32,244 bases of DNA from a virus (taxonomy: Duplodnaviria > Caudoviricetes). Shown here piece after piece: positions 1 through 10,154 of the stretch. The stretch lies in IMG/VR virus record IMGVR_UViG_3300046103_001452, positions 1-32,244 of that record. The stretch is one strand, 5' to 3'. Position numbers and translations under genes: made by a program. The notes below the pieces were generated by a model that was given only the letters and a program-made list of their open reading frames with translations, ran no database searches and was not told the origin of the DNA. How positions within the stretch are numbered: the first letter of the stretch is position 1; each line of letters opens with the position of its first letter.

Positions 1-2128
1 TGGCTCCGCTATCTCCTACAGAGACATTACCACCAAGTTGTCCGCCTAACAGCGCACTACATGGAATATTCGGTAAGTCTTCACACCCAATGAAACTGTA
101 ACGATACCCATCATCCAAAGTATTTATATTTACTACTTTGATATTTGAGTAGCCCAGCGTTAGCAGTAGCTTATCAGTAGCAACCCATCGTACTTCTACT
201 TCTGTACCCTTAGTCTCTGTGGCCTGATTCGTTACAATTGCTTGCGCGGAAAAATCAGTACGTTCCTGCCTATAGTTAGAAATAGCAAAGTAGAGACTAT
301 CATCTAGAAAGCTTCCTTTTATCCCTACTTCCAGCAGTTCTGACTCGTCAAAAGCTCTTCCTTTCAGAATATTTTTAACGGTGACTTCTGCGCCCTGCCC
401 AACAATCATAGTTGACTGTGTAGAGGCTGTGATGTAAGGAATTAGCCCTATTGGAGAATCGTAACTAATACTAGCAGTCCACGATATTCCATCAACTGTA
501 TCTTTGGCATCTAAGTCCGCACAACCTGCAACTGGGCAGAAGTTATTAGAACTAGCAAAGAGAAGTTGTCCCTCTGGCTGGCTGCTTTCCATATCAATTG
601 TGTCATACCGTACACCTGCGAGAATGCCTAAACCATTGTTCCAAACCAAATCTGTCATTACGGCAAATCCTAAGTTTGTGTATTCACCAATGTAATACTC
701 TGTGTAATCAGTATCAATTTTGGTGGATAACAATCGTTTTGCAACTGCTGTATTAGCAGGCTGGCTGAGGTCGCGTCTTCCAAAGTACTCATTTGTATAG
801 TCATCACCGTGTTCGAAATCAGTGTGGCGTATAGACGGAGATACTTGAAAAGATGCGGACATGCTCTCAAAGTCATATGTCTTAGATAGTATGATTTTAT
901 CCTCTACTACCCAACTCTTATGAAATTGTGAGAAACCATATGCATTTTCATTAATGTTATCGTATTCTTCAAAGAACAGTTGGTTCTTCAGCTCCCAGTC
1001 ACTCCCGAGTGCAATAATTACGTCAAAGTACAACGTAGTTACTTGATTCTCTAGGACATCTTCTGGGTCTACTAGAACATTACTTCCATCCAGCTTAGTA
1101 AGCCCGGGATTTATGAGTGCCATATAGGATAGATCACCTACAAATACTTCTAAGTCTGCTAAGGTCTCGTTCGACCCCGCTGTAAGAGCCCCCCCTGGAG
1201 CACCACTTAAGAAATCAAACCTAAAAGGATTGTAGTTAGTGAAACCATCTCCATCAGTATCGTACTCTTGATGAGATACTCTACCATCTCCATTAATATC
1301 TAATGAGGCGGGAGACCCCGTGATGTATGTTCCATCATCAATCAAATCCTGTGTAACTCTATTCCAACCCGCTATCTGATTACCCGAATAGTCATGATAC
1401 ATTCCTCCGAACTGTATTCTAACATTATCCGTGATATCCATATCGAAAGAAGTCTGGAAAAGATTTTGCTCCACTCCTGAGTTATCATAATAACTATCAG
1501 AGTCTTCTAGCTCAGTATACACATAGTATCCTAGGTCTTTACCAAAAACAGTGGCTGGACCTCCAACTTCTGCTGTTAGCGTACTCTTGCCCCAGCTTCC
1601 AGTTGTGTAGGATATAGCACCCTCTGTCTCCGTTATGAACTGACCAGTTTCTTCAATTCGTGCAGACTTAGGGTTAAAGTTTAGATAACCTCCGATCTTA
1701 GAGGGGCCATAGATAGGAGATGCTGGACCTCTTACTATGTCGACTCTATCGGACGCACCTATAGGAGTTGGATAGTTACCTGGGTTGTCAAGACGTCTAA
1801 CACCCCTAAAGTAAGTTTCTCCAGGAGTCCCTCTAACATCAAGACCTCCTGCTACTCCGAAAAAAGACTGCGTAAAACTACCGGGTGCTAAGGCAATTAA
1901 CTCATCAATATCATGCATGTTAAACCTTTCCATCATCTCTTCCGAGATAGTGGAGGCAGAACGGGGAGTCTGTAATAGGGATTTGTTAAAGCCAAATACT
2001 GACTTTACACTCTCCCCTGGCAAGCTGCCTAGGTCTCCTAGTACTACTATTTCTTCCATTGCTGCCGCTCGTGCGCTCATTCCTAGTATAAGAATGGCAA
2101 GTAGACACGTTACTATCTTAATCTTCAA
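1..2128 (-). CDS. TonB-dependent outer-membrane receptor (3' end runs off the window; at least 709 codons)
   Basis: Missing from the ORF track because no stop codon falls in the window. Manual translation from TTG at 2128 (SD GGAG upstream): signal peptide MKIKIVTCLLAILILGMSARA, TonB-box-like EEIVVLG, plug motifs TPRSASTIS and DRVDIVRGPASPIYGPSKIGGYLNF, barrel motifs GSWG, AGVRYD, LLEVGIKG, TKGTEVEVRW, LTLGYS. Frame is open to position 2. Confidence 0.92.
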   Translation of the reverse strand, partial: MKIKIVTCLLAILILGMSARAAAMEEIVVLGDLGSLPGESVKSVFGFNKSLLQTPRSASTISEEMMERFNMHDIDELIALAPGSFTQSFFGVAGGLDVRGTPGETYFRGVRRLDNPGNYPTPIGASDRVDIVRGPASPIYGPSKIGGYLNFNPKSARIEETGQFITETEGAISYTTGSWGKSTLTAEVGGPATVFGKDLGYYVYTELEDSDSYYDNSGVEQNLFQTSFDMDITDNVRIQFGGMYHDYSGNQIAGWNRVTQDLIDDGTYITGSPASLDINGDGRVSHQEYDTDGDGFTNYNPFRFDFLSGAPGGALTAGSNETLADLEVFVGDLSYMALINPGLTKLDGSNVLVDPEDVLENQVTTLYFDVIIALGSDWELKNQLFFEEYDNINENAYGFSQFHKSWVVEDKIILSKTYDFESMSASFQVSPSIRHTDFEHGDDYTNEYFGRRDLSQPANTAVAKRLLSTKIDTDYTEYYIGEYTNLGFAVMTDLVWNNGLGILAGVRYDTIDMESSQPEGQLLFASSNNFCPVAGCADLDAKDTVDGISWTASISYDSPIGLIPYITASTQSTMIVGQGAEVTVKNILKGRAFDESELLEVGIKGSFLDDSLYFAISNYRQERTDFSAQAIVTNQATETKGTEVEVRWVATDKLLLTLGYSNIKVVNINTLDDGYRYSFIGCEDLPNIPCSALLGGQLGGNVSVGDSGA

Positions 2129-2273
2129 GTGGTGCTTCTCCTACGGTAGGCTGCATTTGCGCAGCCGCTTGGTCTTGTACTATTTTAATTACGTTCATAC
2201 TGAGCTTAGCAGGAACTTCTCCTAAACCCTGTAGAACAATGTTTACTTCTTCTATACTTAGTTCAAATTTCAT
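2118..2273 (-). CDS. small hypothetical protein, 51 aa (MKFELSIEEVNIVLQGLGEVPAKLSMNVIKIVQDQAAAQMQPTVGEAPLED)
   Basis: ATG overlaps the nrdB TGA (ATGA); its 3' end overlaps the receptor TTG start; fills the gap exactly. Confidence 0.8.
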   Translation of the reverse strand: MKFELSIEEVNIVLQGLGEVPAKLSMNVIKIVQDQAAAQMQPTVGEAPLED

Positions 2274-3232
2274 TTAAAGATATCCTGCCAGTTACCAGTT
2301 GTACTTGCTCTCGAATATTCTGTAGACCTATTCTCGAAGAAGTTAGTGTGTTCAACCCCGTTGAGCATGTAATCCAACCAGCCTAACGGGTTCTCTGTAC
2401 TCTTAAATATTTTCTTTAGTCCCAGTCCTAATAGTCTGCGATCTGCAATATAACGAATATAGCCTTTTATCTCATCAGGTGTTAGATTGGGTACTTCCGC
2501 ACCTTCAAAACACAAATCAATAAAAGCATCTTCTAGTTCGACTGTGCGCTCTGCTGCACAATAAATTTCATACTTTAGATCATCATTCCATATGTCAGGG
2601 TTCTCCTTTACAAATGCTCGGAACAGATGTGACATTCCTTCAACATGCAAAGTTTCATCTCGTACAGACCATGTGACGATTTGACCCATACCTTTCATAA
2701 GGTTATGTCTCGGAAAGTTCAACAAGATAGCAAAACTACTAAATAGCTGAACTCCCTCGGTAAACCCTGAATAGATAGCCAGTGTCTTAGCGATATCCAT
2801 CGGAGTTTCCATACCAAAATTTCCCAAGTACTCATGTTTATCCAACATTTCTTTATGTTCGAAAAACTTCTGATACTCATCATCGCGGAAACCTAGGGTC
2901 TCCAGCAACAACGAATACGCTTCTTGATGCACTGCTTCCATTGCTGCAAAAGCGGATAGCATCATTCTTACTTCAGGTTGCTTAAATGTAGGTAGATAGT
3001 GCTTTGCATATCCACAGCATACATCTACATCAGCCTGTGTAAAAAACCTAAAAATCTGTCCTAGTAACCTTTTGTTACCTTCAGTCATTTTTTCTCTATA
3101 GTCACGCAGATCGTCTGCAAGGTTAACTTCATCAGGTAACCAGTGCATGTGCTGCTGTTGCTTATAATACTCAAATGCCCAAGGGTAATTAAAAGGCTTA
3201 TAATACTCTCTTTCTACTAATAAATCACTCAT
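2270..3232 (-). CDS. nrdB: ribonucleotide reductase class I beta subunit
   Basis: YPWAFEYY and HWLPDEV; metal ligands in FTQAD, EAVH, TEG, RDETLH; radical Tyr in HQEAYS; C-terminal NFFENRSTEY. Confidence 0.97.
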   Translation of the reverse strand: MSDLLVEREYYKPFNYPWAFEYYKQQQHMHWLPDEVNLADDLRDYREKMTEGNKRLLGQIFRFFTQADVDVCCGYAKHYLPTFKQPEVRMMLSAFAAMEAVHQEAYSLLLETLGFRDDEYQKFFEHKEMLDKHEYLGNFGMETPMDIAKTLAIYSGFTEGVQLFSSFAILLNFPRHNLMKGMGQIVTWSVRDETLHVEGMSHLFRAFVKENPDIWNDDLKYEIYCAAERTVELEDAFIDLCFEGAEVPNLTPDEIKGYIRYIADRRLLGLGLKKIFKSTENPLGWLDYMLNGVEHTNFFENRSTEYSRASTTGNWQDIFK

Positions 3233-3235
3233 TTT

Positions 3236-3400
3236 TCACCAATTATGTACTATGTTTGATGTGATAAACAAACAGGTTACAACATTTATTATTACTATTA
3301 TACTTCTAATACCTGCAATAATATTGTCATACTCTAGTGTCTTATCATCACTGAAACTGCCAATAGTATACTTCCAAATTAACCAGACTTTACCCTTCAC
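3236..3400 (-). CDS. small membrane protein, 54 aa (MKGKVWLIWKYTIGSFSDDKTLEYDNIIAGIRSIIVIINVVTCLFITSNIVHNW)
   Basis: GTG start overlaps the nrdA end; fills the nrdA-nrdB gap; hydrophobic C-terminal helix. Confidence 0.7.
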   Translation of the reverse strand: MKGKVWLIWKYTIGSFSDDKTLEYDNIIAGIRSIIVIINVVTCLFITSNIVHNW

Positions 3401-5159
3401 AAGCTAAACAGCCTTCGTCGTCTATACTGTCAAATATGTACTGACGTAGCGCTTCATCGGAAACCGTCTCTGCGCGCTTTGATGCCTCACTTCTTAGATA
3501 GTATAAAGTTTTTACTTTCTTTTTCCAAGCCATCATGTGAATAGCGTGGAGTTCCTGTTTTGATACGTTAGACGGAAAGAATATATTTAGAGACTGGCTC
3601 TGGCATATCTTCTCCTGTCTGTCCGCTGCCATCTCGATAACCCAACGTTGGTCTATCTCTACAGCAGTCTTGAATACGTCCTTTGTATAATCATCGAGAA
3701 ACTCTAAGTGTTGAACTGAGCCTCCGTTCGTAATAATACTTTTCCAAACGTCATCCGTGTCCTGCCCTATCTCTTGTAGAGCATGTTCTAAGTACTCGTT
3801 CTTCAATAAGGAAGATCCAGATTTAGTTTTTTGAGTAAATGCGTTAGCCCTGTAAGGCTCAATACTGGGAGAAGTATTACCACAAATAATACTGCTGCTA
3901 GCATTAGGAGCCACAGCCAACAGATGAGCATTCCGAACCCCAGCACTAGCCCCATCAGGGCACGGACCACGTTCCACAGCCAGTTCTCTTGTAGCATTTT
4001 CAGCCTCTCCTTTTATAAAGCCGAACATTTTATTGTTCCTGCTTTTTGCCATCGCACTCTCAAAAGGAATGTTGTGGCGTTGTAAATAAGCATGAAAGCC
4101 CATAGCCCCCAGACCTATACTTCTTTCTGCTTTTGCACTTGCTACTGCTCTATATAGCTGTGCAGGGGCAGCATCGCAAAAATGAGTTATCACATTATCT
4201 AGCATTCTTACTAGATCATTTATAAACTGTGGATTATCTTTCCACTCATCATACTCTTCCAAGTTTACACTAGATAGACAACATACTGCTGTACGATTCG
4301 CGTTTGTTGCAAGCGTAATCTCAGAACATAAGTTAGAGTGATTTACCTGCAGCCCTAAGTCTTTCTGGAACTGAGGTAACGCAGCTTGTACAGTGTCTTT
4401 AAACATAATGTACGGTTCGCCTGTCTCAACTCGGTTCTGTATGAGCTTCACCCATAGAGTTTTAGCAGACACAGTCTTAATAACTTTCTTACTATGTGGG
4501 TCAATCAAGTCCCAAGAGTCATCAAAGCCTTCTACTCGCGTAGCCTGCTCTATGATATCCATGAATCTATCATCAATAAGGACACCATGATGTAAATTAA
4601 CTGATTTTCGGTTAACATCGCCGCCTGTAGGCTTGCGAACATCCAGAAACTCTTCAACTTCTGGATGTGATATGTCCAAATATGCTGCATAACTACCTCG
4701 TCTTGTAACTCCCTGAGAAAATGCTAACATCTCAGCGTCCACTACTTTCATGAATGGTATAACACCAGTACTTTCTGATCCATTAGATGTTGTAGACCCT
4801 ACTGAGCGTACAGCGCTCCAAGAGCCCCCAACGCCACCACCCACACTAGATAAGAAGGCATTCTCAGTGTAATGCCCGGTAAGTCCTTGTCTGCTGTCCT
4901 CAACATAATTAAGAAAGCAACTAATAGGCAGCCCACGGGATGTCCCACCATTAGAAAGTATAGGAGTAGAAAACATGAACCAAAGTTTACTAGCATAATC
5001 GTATAGCCTCTGTGCATGAGCATCATCATCTGAAAAAGCCTTAGCAGCTCTTGCAAACGCGTCTTGAGGAGAAGTTTCACCCTCTATTAAGTACCTGTCC
5101 TGTAAAGTTTTATGACTGAACTCCGATAGATAATTATCTCTATCATAATTTATTAACAC
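3390..5159 (-). CDS. nrdA: ribonucleotide reductase class I alpha subunit (short, no ATP cone)
   Basis: STPILSNGG, PISCF, SNLCSEI, VCCLSS, APNASSS, KTLYYLR and C-terminal CLACEG. Confidence 0.97.
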   Translation of the reverse strand: MLINYDRDNYLSEFSHKTLQDRYLIEGETSPQDAFARAAKAFSDDDAHAQRLYDYASKLWFMFSTPILSNGGTSRGLPISCFLNYVEDSRQGLTGHYTENAFLSSVGGGVGGSWSAVRSVGSTTSNGSESTGVIPFMKVVDAEMLAFSQGVTRRGSYAAYLDISHPEVEEFLDVRKPTGGDVNRKSVNLHHGVLIDDRFMDIIEQATRVEGFDDSWDLIDPHSKKVIKTVSAKTLWVKLIQNRVETGEPYIMFKDTVQAALPQFQKDLGLQVNHSNLCSEITLATNANRTAVCCLSSVNLEEYDEWKDNPQFINDLVRMLDNVITHFCDAAPAQLYRAVASAKAERSIGLGAMGFHAYLQRHNIPFESAMAKSRNNKMFGFIKGEAENATRELAVERGPCPDGASAGVRNAHLLAVAPNASSSIICGNTSPSIEPYRANAFTQKTKSGSSLLKNEYLEHALQEIGQDTDDVWKSIITNGGSVQHLEFLDDYTKDVFKTAVEIDQRWVIEMAADRQEKICQSQSLNIFFPSNVSKQELHAIHMMAWKKKVKTLYYLRSEASKRAETVSDEALRQYIFDSIDDEGCLACEG

Positions 5160-5971
5160 GCAAACCTCTCCTTTATCTCGGCAACATTATTTTTACCGAT
5201 AGCTTCATCACAGTAAGTAATCAAATCCATTAATTCGTAGTTCTGTAATATCTGTTCATAGTTCTCATTGAGAGACTCTATATATTTATACTTGCCTGCA
5301 ATAGGTGCTGCGTCGTATATACTGAAGGCATCTCCATACTCTTTTATAAGTCCATAAGCTCTCTTTGGGCCAATGCCAGGAATACCAGGAACGTTATCGC
5401 CCTTATCTCCCGTTAAGCACTTGAGAGAGATGAACTCCTCTGGAGTAACTTCATAATGATCGTACCAATTGTTTATAGTTACTTCTTTTCTGTTTACATA
5501 TGAGAACCTATTTACACCCTCTTGTATAAGTAGATCCCAGTCTCTATCACTAGAGATTAACCACATATTCTCGAACCCAAACTCCTCTTTGTTCTTTACT
5601 AGATGTGCTGCTATATCATCAGCCTCTACTCCAGCGTACTGTAACACAGGCCACTCTATCATATCTAAAGTAGCTTGGTACTCTTCAAAGAACTCTTCAA
5701 ACGCAATTTTTTCTTCTTCCGTCTGGGTTGCGTACTTCTCTTTCCTGTTCCCTTTATAGTCAGATCGTATGCCCTTTCTGTAGCTAGAGGCACCTCCGTC
5801 TGCTGTAATAATTATATCTTTACACTTGTATGAGTCAGCAAACGACTGTACTGTCTTAATATAGTCGTACCTAAAGTCTGACCTTCCTGCGTGCTTCCAA
5901 CGAAATGCTAAGTTAAGAGCGTCTACTACAAGTGTACCCGTCTTTCTCTGGTCGTTAAAACTAATTGCCAT
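5153..5971 (-). CDS. 5'-3' exonuclease / flap endonuclease (T5 D15-like)
   Basis: VDALNLAFR, YKGNR, VEADD, SSDRD, GDKGDNVPGIPGIGPK (H3TH); T5 synteny. Confidence 0.95.
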   Translation of the reverse strand: MAISFNDQRKTGTLVVDALNLAFRWKHAGRSDFRYDYIKTVQSFADSYKCKDIIITADGGASSYRKGIRSDYKGNRKEKYATQTEEEKIAFEEFFEEYQATLDMIEWPVLQYAGVEADDIAAHLVKNKEEFGFENMWLISSDRDWDLLIQEGVNRFSYVNRKEVTINNWYDHYEVTPEEFISLKCLTGDKGDNVPGIPGIGPKRAYGLIKEYGDAFSIYDAAPIAGKYKYIESLNENYEQILQNYELMDLITYCDEAIGKNNVAEIKERFAC

Positions 5972-6404
5972 TTATAAATTCTACCTTTTCTTTATCTAAC
6001 CACTCTTCTGCAAGAGAAACGTAGCAGTCTAAGTCACTTACATACAGATAAGATATGTGTAGAGGACATACTGCCGTACCTACATATACCTTTGATCTGT
6101 TATACTTAAAGAAGAGAAGGGGCTTTTGGCCCCCTCCTTCTGCCTGTATAAGTAACTTTTTCCACCACTGAGTTAGATGATTTGTCTTCTTCTGCGTAAG
6201 TATTTTATCAGTGAGCGGTGACTCAGCATAATTTTTTACTTCTATACAAAAAAAGTTTTTCTCATTTGGAACATATAAATCTCCTTTTAAGTATTCCAAA
6301 GCACCTGACATTGGTACTCTTTCGAACTGAAGATTAGTATGATCTCGTAATAAGTCGCGTACTAGATACTCTCCTCTAGCTCCCTTTGCTCTACTGTCAA
6401 CCAT
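5961..6404 (-). CDS. PD-(D/E)XK endonuclease / Holliday junction resolvase (T5 D14-like)
   Basis: SRAKGARGE, GDL...IEVK; lies between D13 and D15. Confidence 0.88.
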   Translation of the reverse strand: MVDSRAKGARGEYLVRDLLRDHTNLQFERVPMSGALEYLKGDLYVPNEKNFFCIEVKNYAESPLTDKILTQKKTNHLTQWWKKLLIQAEGGGQKPLLFFKYNRSKVYVGTAVCPLHISYLYVSDLDCYVSLAEEWLDKEKVEFINGN

Positions 6405-6405
6405 T

Positions 6406-8199
6406 TTACTCCAATCTACTGATATTTTCTTCTTTCACTACTTCGATCTTATCGAGGAGTGGATGAGTCCAGCCGTGAGATACTATGTATGTATTCAAAT
6501 CTTCTTCGATAAGAACCTCTACCAGCTTCTCGCGACCCGTGTCGTCTAATACTGCAATAACTTCATCTAAGAAAAGTATGTTTAACTTGGACTTAGATAT
6601 ACTACTCATTAGCTTACGAATAGCTATAAGAGTCGCTGTGTTTACTCTGGCTAGCTCTCCTGAAGAAAGTGCGAGAATATCTACTATTTTGCCGTCGTCT
6701 GTAACTTGTACATTTAGCTTATCATTTGATACTACAAACTCTAAAGTAAACCTACCATCAGATAGCTCTGCTAGATAAGTATTCGCCATCTCTTCCAATT
6801 CTTTTACAAGGTTTTCAATCTTGTAAGCAAGAAGTCCATTAGTACTAAATGCTTTCTTCAATATATCCAAATTTGAGGCAAGAGCTTGCTGTGTGTCTAA
6901 GCTCTCTTGCATTTCAGAAAGCTGGCTTAGAAACCCCTCAGTCTGCTCCTGTATTACTTGGATTCTGGTATTGTGCTTTGTTCTTTTTTCATTCTCCTTT
7001 GCTGTGCGCTCCAACTGCTCCTTGCGTTGAAGTAGCTCAGCTCGAACGCTCTCCAACCGTGCCGCAAGCTCGTTCTTATCCAAGAGAGACGTAGGAAGAT
7101 TCCTATCCACACTGCGATAAATTTCTTTCCAATCCGCTTCAAGAGTCTGTAGACGCGTGAACTCATTATTATCCCTTTTAATGCTTTTAATTTCTGTTTC
7201 AATCTTCCCAATTTCTCTCTCCGATACCGATATCTTATCAGTCTCCTCCTTTTTTAAATCCTCTACAAACTCAGAGTCTACTGACTGCTCGCAAGTAGGG
7301 CAAGTATCCCCTAATTGGTTTAACTTTGTTAAGAGCCGTTTTGACCCCGCTGCGATTTGCGTAAAGTTTCCTACTTCTTCCTGTAGTGTATCATACGACT
7401 TCCGTTCCGTTACAGAAGGATTTTGTACGTCCTCTAAATCAATCTGTGCCAGTAAGTCAATTAATTGATTATTCTTAGAGATTTTTTTGTTACGCTCTAA
7501 GATATTTTCAATCTCCTTCGTAAGATGACGGAACTCTTTCTCTTCTTCTTCCGTATTTATTCGTAAATCTAACATGGGAAGTATACTACTATCACTCAAT
7601 TTATTATCTGAGAGCCATTTTTCTATTGTACTAACGGCGGATTGGATTACCAGTATATCCTGTGTTATATCTTTAGACCTTTCTTTGAATACTTCGAACA
7701 GTTCTACATACCCTTCAAGGTGTAATAGATCAATCAAGAACTTTTTACGATTTGTATCTGTGGCAGTTAAAAACTGTAAACTTGCATTTGTACTTTGATA
7801 TACTAACTGAGAGAAAGTCTTGAAGTCTACTCCAATTATCTCCTGTATCGTCTTATAGGTATTAGTGGCAGTATGGCTCGATATATCCTCACCATTCTTT
7901 TCCAACTTTACCTTAACTGTGGTCTTCCTATCTATACTTACTGTATAGTTATCCGTGTCCTTAGTGAAGGTAAGCTGTATATTATAGCCGTCACCTTGAT
8001 ATCTATTAGGAATATCTGCTTTCTTTATGCCTTTTGAATTTTTATTATACAGAGCTTCCTCAATGATTAAAGGTATTGACGACTTTCCAGTGCCATTTGT
8101 TCCAATAATTTGAGTTACGGTATTCTCATCAAGTAGTAACGTATTGTCAGAGCCGTAGCTAAAACAATTATTCCACTGTAGCTGTTTGAGAGTAATCAT
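6406..8199 (-). CDS. SbcC/Rad50-like ATPase (T5 D13-like)
   Basis: Walker A GTNGTGKS, coiled coil with CPTC zinc hook, signature LSSGE, Walker B LFLDE, SH switch. Confidence 0.95.
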   Translation of the reverse strand: MITLKQLQWNNCFSYGSDNTLLLDENTVTQIIGTNGTGKSSIPLIIEEALYNKNSKGIKKADIPNRYQGDGYNIQLTFTKDTDNYTVSIDRKTTVKVKLEKNGEDISSHTATNTYKTIQEIIGVDFKTFSQLVYQSTNASLQFLTATDTNRKKFLIDLLHLEGYVELFEVFKERSKDITQDILVIQSAVSTIEKWLSDNKLSDSSILPMLDLRINTEEEEKEFRHLTKEIENILERNKKISKNNQLIDLLAQIDLEDVQNPSVTERKSYDTLQEEVGNFTQIAAGSKRLLTKLNQLGDTCPTCEQSVDSEFVEDLKKEETDKISVSEREIGKIETEIKSIKRDNNEFTRLQTLEADWKEIYRSVDRNLPTSLLDKNELAARLESVRAELLQRKEQLERTAKENEKRTKHNTRIQVIQEQTEGFLSQLSEMQESLDTQQALASNLDILKKAFSTNGLLAYKIENLVKELEEMANTYLAELSDGRFTLEFVVSNDKLNVQVTDDGKIVDILALSSGELARVNTATLIAIRKLMSSISKSKLNILFLDEVIAVLDDTGREKLVEVLIEEDLNTYIVSHGWTHPLLDKIEVVKEENISRLE

Positions 8200-9127
8200 T
8201 ATAAGTTCCTATAATACTTGATATTTTTTCATTTGGGAGTTCTAGAATGTAAGTTAAGTACTCGGCTAGTTCATCTCCAACACTCATTTCTTTCGTAAGA
8301 ACAAGTGTTGCTTCCGTACTACGTTTTACTACTTTCTTATCTAACAACTCAGAGTTCTTAACTTTTGAAAGGTCTTGTATATCCCCTTCCAGCTCATATA
8401 TTGTGTGATGATAGTCACTAGGTATCATATCATCTGGGTCTTGCACTGTCTTTCTCAGCAATTGAGGCAGCTCAAACCTCTCCCACATCCAAGACCAGTC
8501 TAAGTCATTTATTAGTAAATAACCTGTCTCTACTATGTTTCTATGAAACGAAGTAGTCATAGGACTTCCTGGGTACACAATGTTTTGCTGCGTATTACTA
8601 TGAGCGTGTAAGTCTCCTGCAAATACTACAGGGAAGTCTTCAAATCTTTCTAGCTCAACTTCTGGCTTCACATGCGGTGGGATTTCTCCCCGTACATGAG
8701 TAAACAGAGGCCACTGATTATTAAAGGCTTCTATACTATTCTTTCTATGTAAGTCTGCGTAAGGTAGAACATTGAACCCTCTGTCTTTGTCCACATAGGA
8801 CAGGTCTACAATGTGAATAAAAGGATTGATATCCCTACTCACCTGCTTTAGTTGACTAAAAAAGGTCTTGTTCTTCTTAGTGGCTTCGTGGTTCCCATCA
8901 TAAATTAGAGTAGGTATTCCTACTTGCCTTATGAATGTGAAGTACAACTCCAACTCTTCCATAGTTGGAAGACGATCAAAGAGATCGCCCCCAATTATGT
9001 GCATACTACACTCGTTCTCTATCTCGTGAATTTGAGCAAAGAAAGACTCATATCTTTTCCTTGCCCAGTCAACTGGGACATTCTTCTGTCCCAGTTTCAA
9101 GTGCCAGTCTGCGGTGAATAGAATCAT
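8168..9127 (-). CDS. SbcD/Mre11-like nuclease (T5 D12-like)
   Basis: Metallophosphoesterase motifs ADWH, GDLFD, GNHE, GDLH, YPGS. Confidence 0.95.
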   Translation of the reverse strand: MILFTADWHLKLGQKNVPVDWARKRYESFFAQIHEIENECSMHIIGGDLFDRLPTMEELELYFTFIRQVGIPTLIYDGNHEATKKNKTFFSQLKQVSRDINPFIHIVDLSYVDKDRGFNVLPYADLHRKNSIEAFNNQWPLFTHVRGEIPPHVKPEVELERFEDFPVVFAGDLHAHSNTQQNIVYPGSPMTTSFHRNIVETGYLLINDLDWSWMWERFELPQLLRKTVQDPDDMIPSDYHHTIYELEGDIQDLSKVKNSELLDKKVVKRSTEATLVLTKEMSVGDELAEYLTYILELPNEKISSIIGTYNDYSQTATVE

Positions 9128-9750
9128 CCTACGTTGAATTCTGCTTCAAGAGTGTCATCAACTTCGGATGTACTAGCCTGTCGTACACGATCCAACAACT
9201 CTTTCTGAGCATCAGGAGTCGGGCGAGACATTACTTCGTCCATAGACTTAATCTCAGCTACTAGAGCCATGTCAGCATCGCTGAGAGCTTTGGGCTTGCA
9301 CTTCAGAGCTTGAAGCTGGTACTCTACATTATAGGGCAGAGGGCCAGTCTTTACTCGCTTGAAGATAATATCCCAACCAGTAACTGGGTCAGTAGGATCG
9401 CCGAGGTCTTCAGCGGCACTGATAATTGATTCCCAGAGCTTCTTCTTGAGATTCACAACTTTGATTTCACCGTTGTCAATACACTGTGTAGCGTAGCTCC
9501 AGCCACACTTGAGGTCGGGATAGTACTCACGAACCCAATCTTTTTCTTGATTTGTAAAGGCTTCTGCATCTCGATCAAAAGACAGACACTCCAGAGGAAT
9601 GTTCTTGTCGTTCTCACCTTTCACCCAGTACACATAGCGAGCGAGAATATCGCCACAAATACGCATGCGGTTGTCACCGTCTTTGTACTGAAAAGTACTG
9701 ATGGAAGTTTTCTGTGCAGAACCTTTTTGTTTGTTAAATGATATAGCCAT
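9124..9750 (-). CDS. T5 D11-like probable ssDNA-binding protein
   Basis: Synteny between D10 and D12; acidic C-terminal tail; resembles T5 D11 as recalled. Confidence 0.75.
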   Translation of the reverse strand: MAISFNKQKGSAQKTSISTFQYKDGDNRMRICGDILARYVYWVKGENDKNIPLECLSFDRDAEAFTNQEKDWVREYYPDLKCGWSYATQCIDNGEIKVVNLKKKLWESIISAAEDLGDPTDPVTGWDIIFKRVKTGPLPYNVEYQLQALKCKPKALSDADMALVAEIKSMDEVMSRPTPDAQKELLDRVRQASTSEVDDTLEAEFNVG

Positions 9751-9752
9751 AT

Positions 9753-10154
9753 CTAGTTTTTCTCCATTGGGACTTCTTCGTGAAGGAAATGGATATCATC
9801 ACCTTCTAACCAAAGTAGTCTATTATTGTTTATAAAGATTTCAGGATCTAGTTGCAAGTGCAGTAGATCCAAGGTTATTTTACCGGATGCTTGATACTCG
9901 CCATATGAGCGTAAAGCTGCAAAAGCGATGTATATGCAAACATCTCGGTAAGAATATTTATATAGTTGGTATAGTAGAACGTCAGGGTGAACTAAGAAGC
10001 TCTGCCCAGAAAAATCTATGTTTGAGTACTTGTACACAGGGTCATACTTATTTAAAGGTAAATCCTTGTCAACTAACATTTTGAACACTCGGATGATTTC
10101 GGGTGGATTCGCTTTGCAAGTTTTAAATACTTTATTCCAATTATATAAGAGCAT
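9753..10154 (-). CDS. conserved T5-like hypothetical protein
   Basis: 133-aa ORF between D10 and D11; SD-like TAAGG upstream of ATG. Confidence 0.75.
   Translation of the reverse strand: MLLYNWNKVFKTCKANPPEIIRVFKMLVDKDLPLNKYDPVYKYSNIDFSGQSFLVHPDVLLYQLYKYSYRDVCIYIAFAALRSYGEYQASGKITLDLLHLQLDPEIFINNNRLLWLEGDDIHFLHEEVPMEKN

Noticed and set aside
504-2225. Track ORFs 504..695, 670..876 and 1917..2225
   Set aside because: Shadow frames of the TonB-dependent receptor and the 51-aa ORF.
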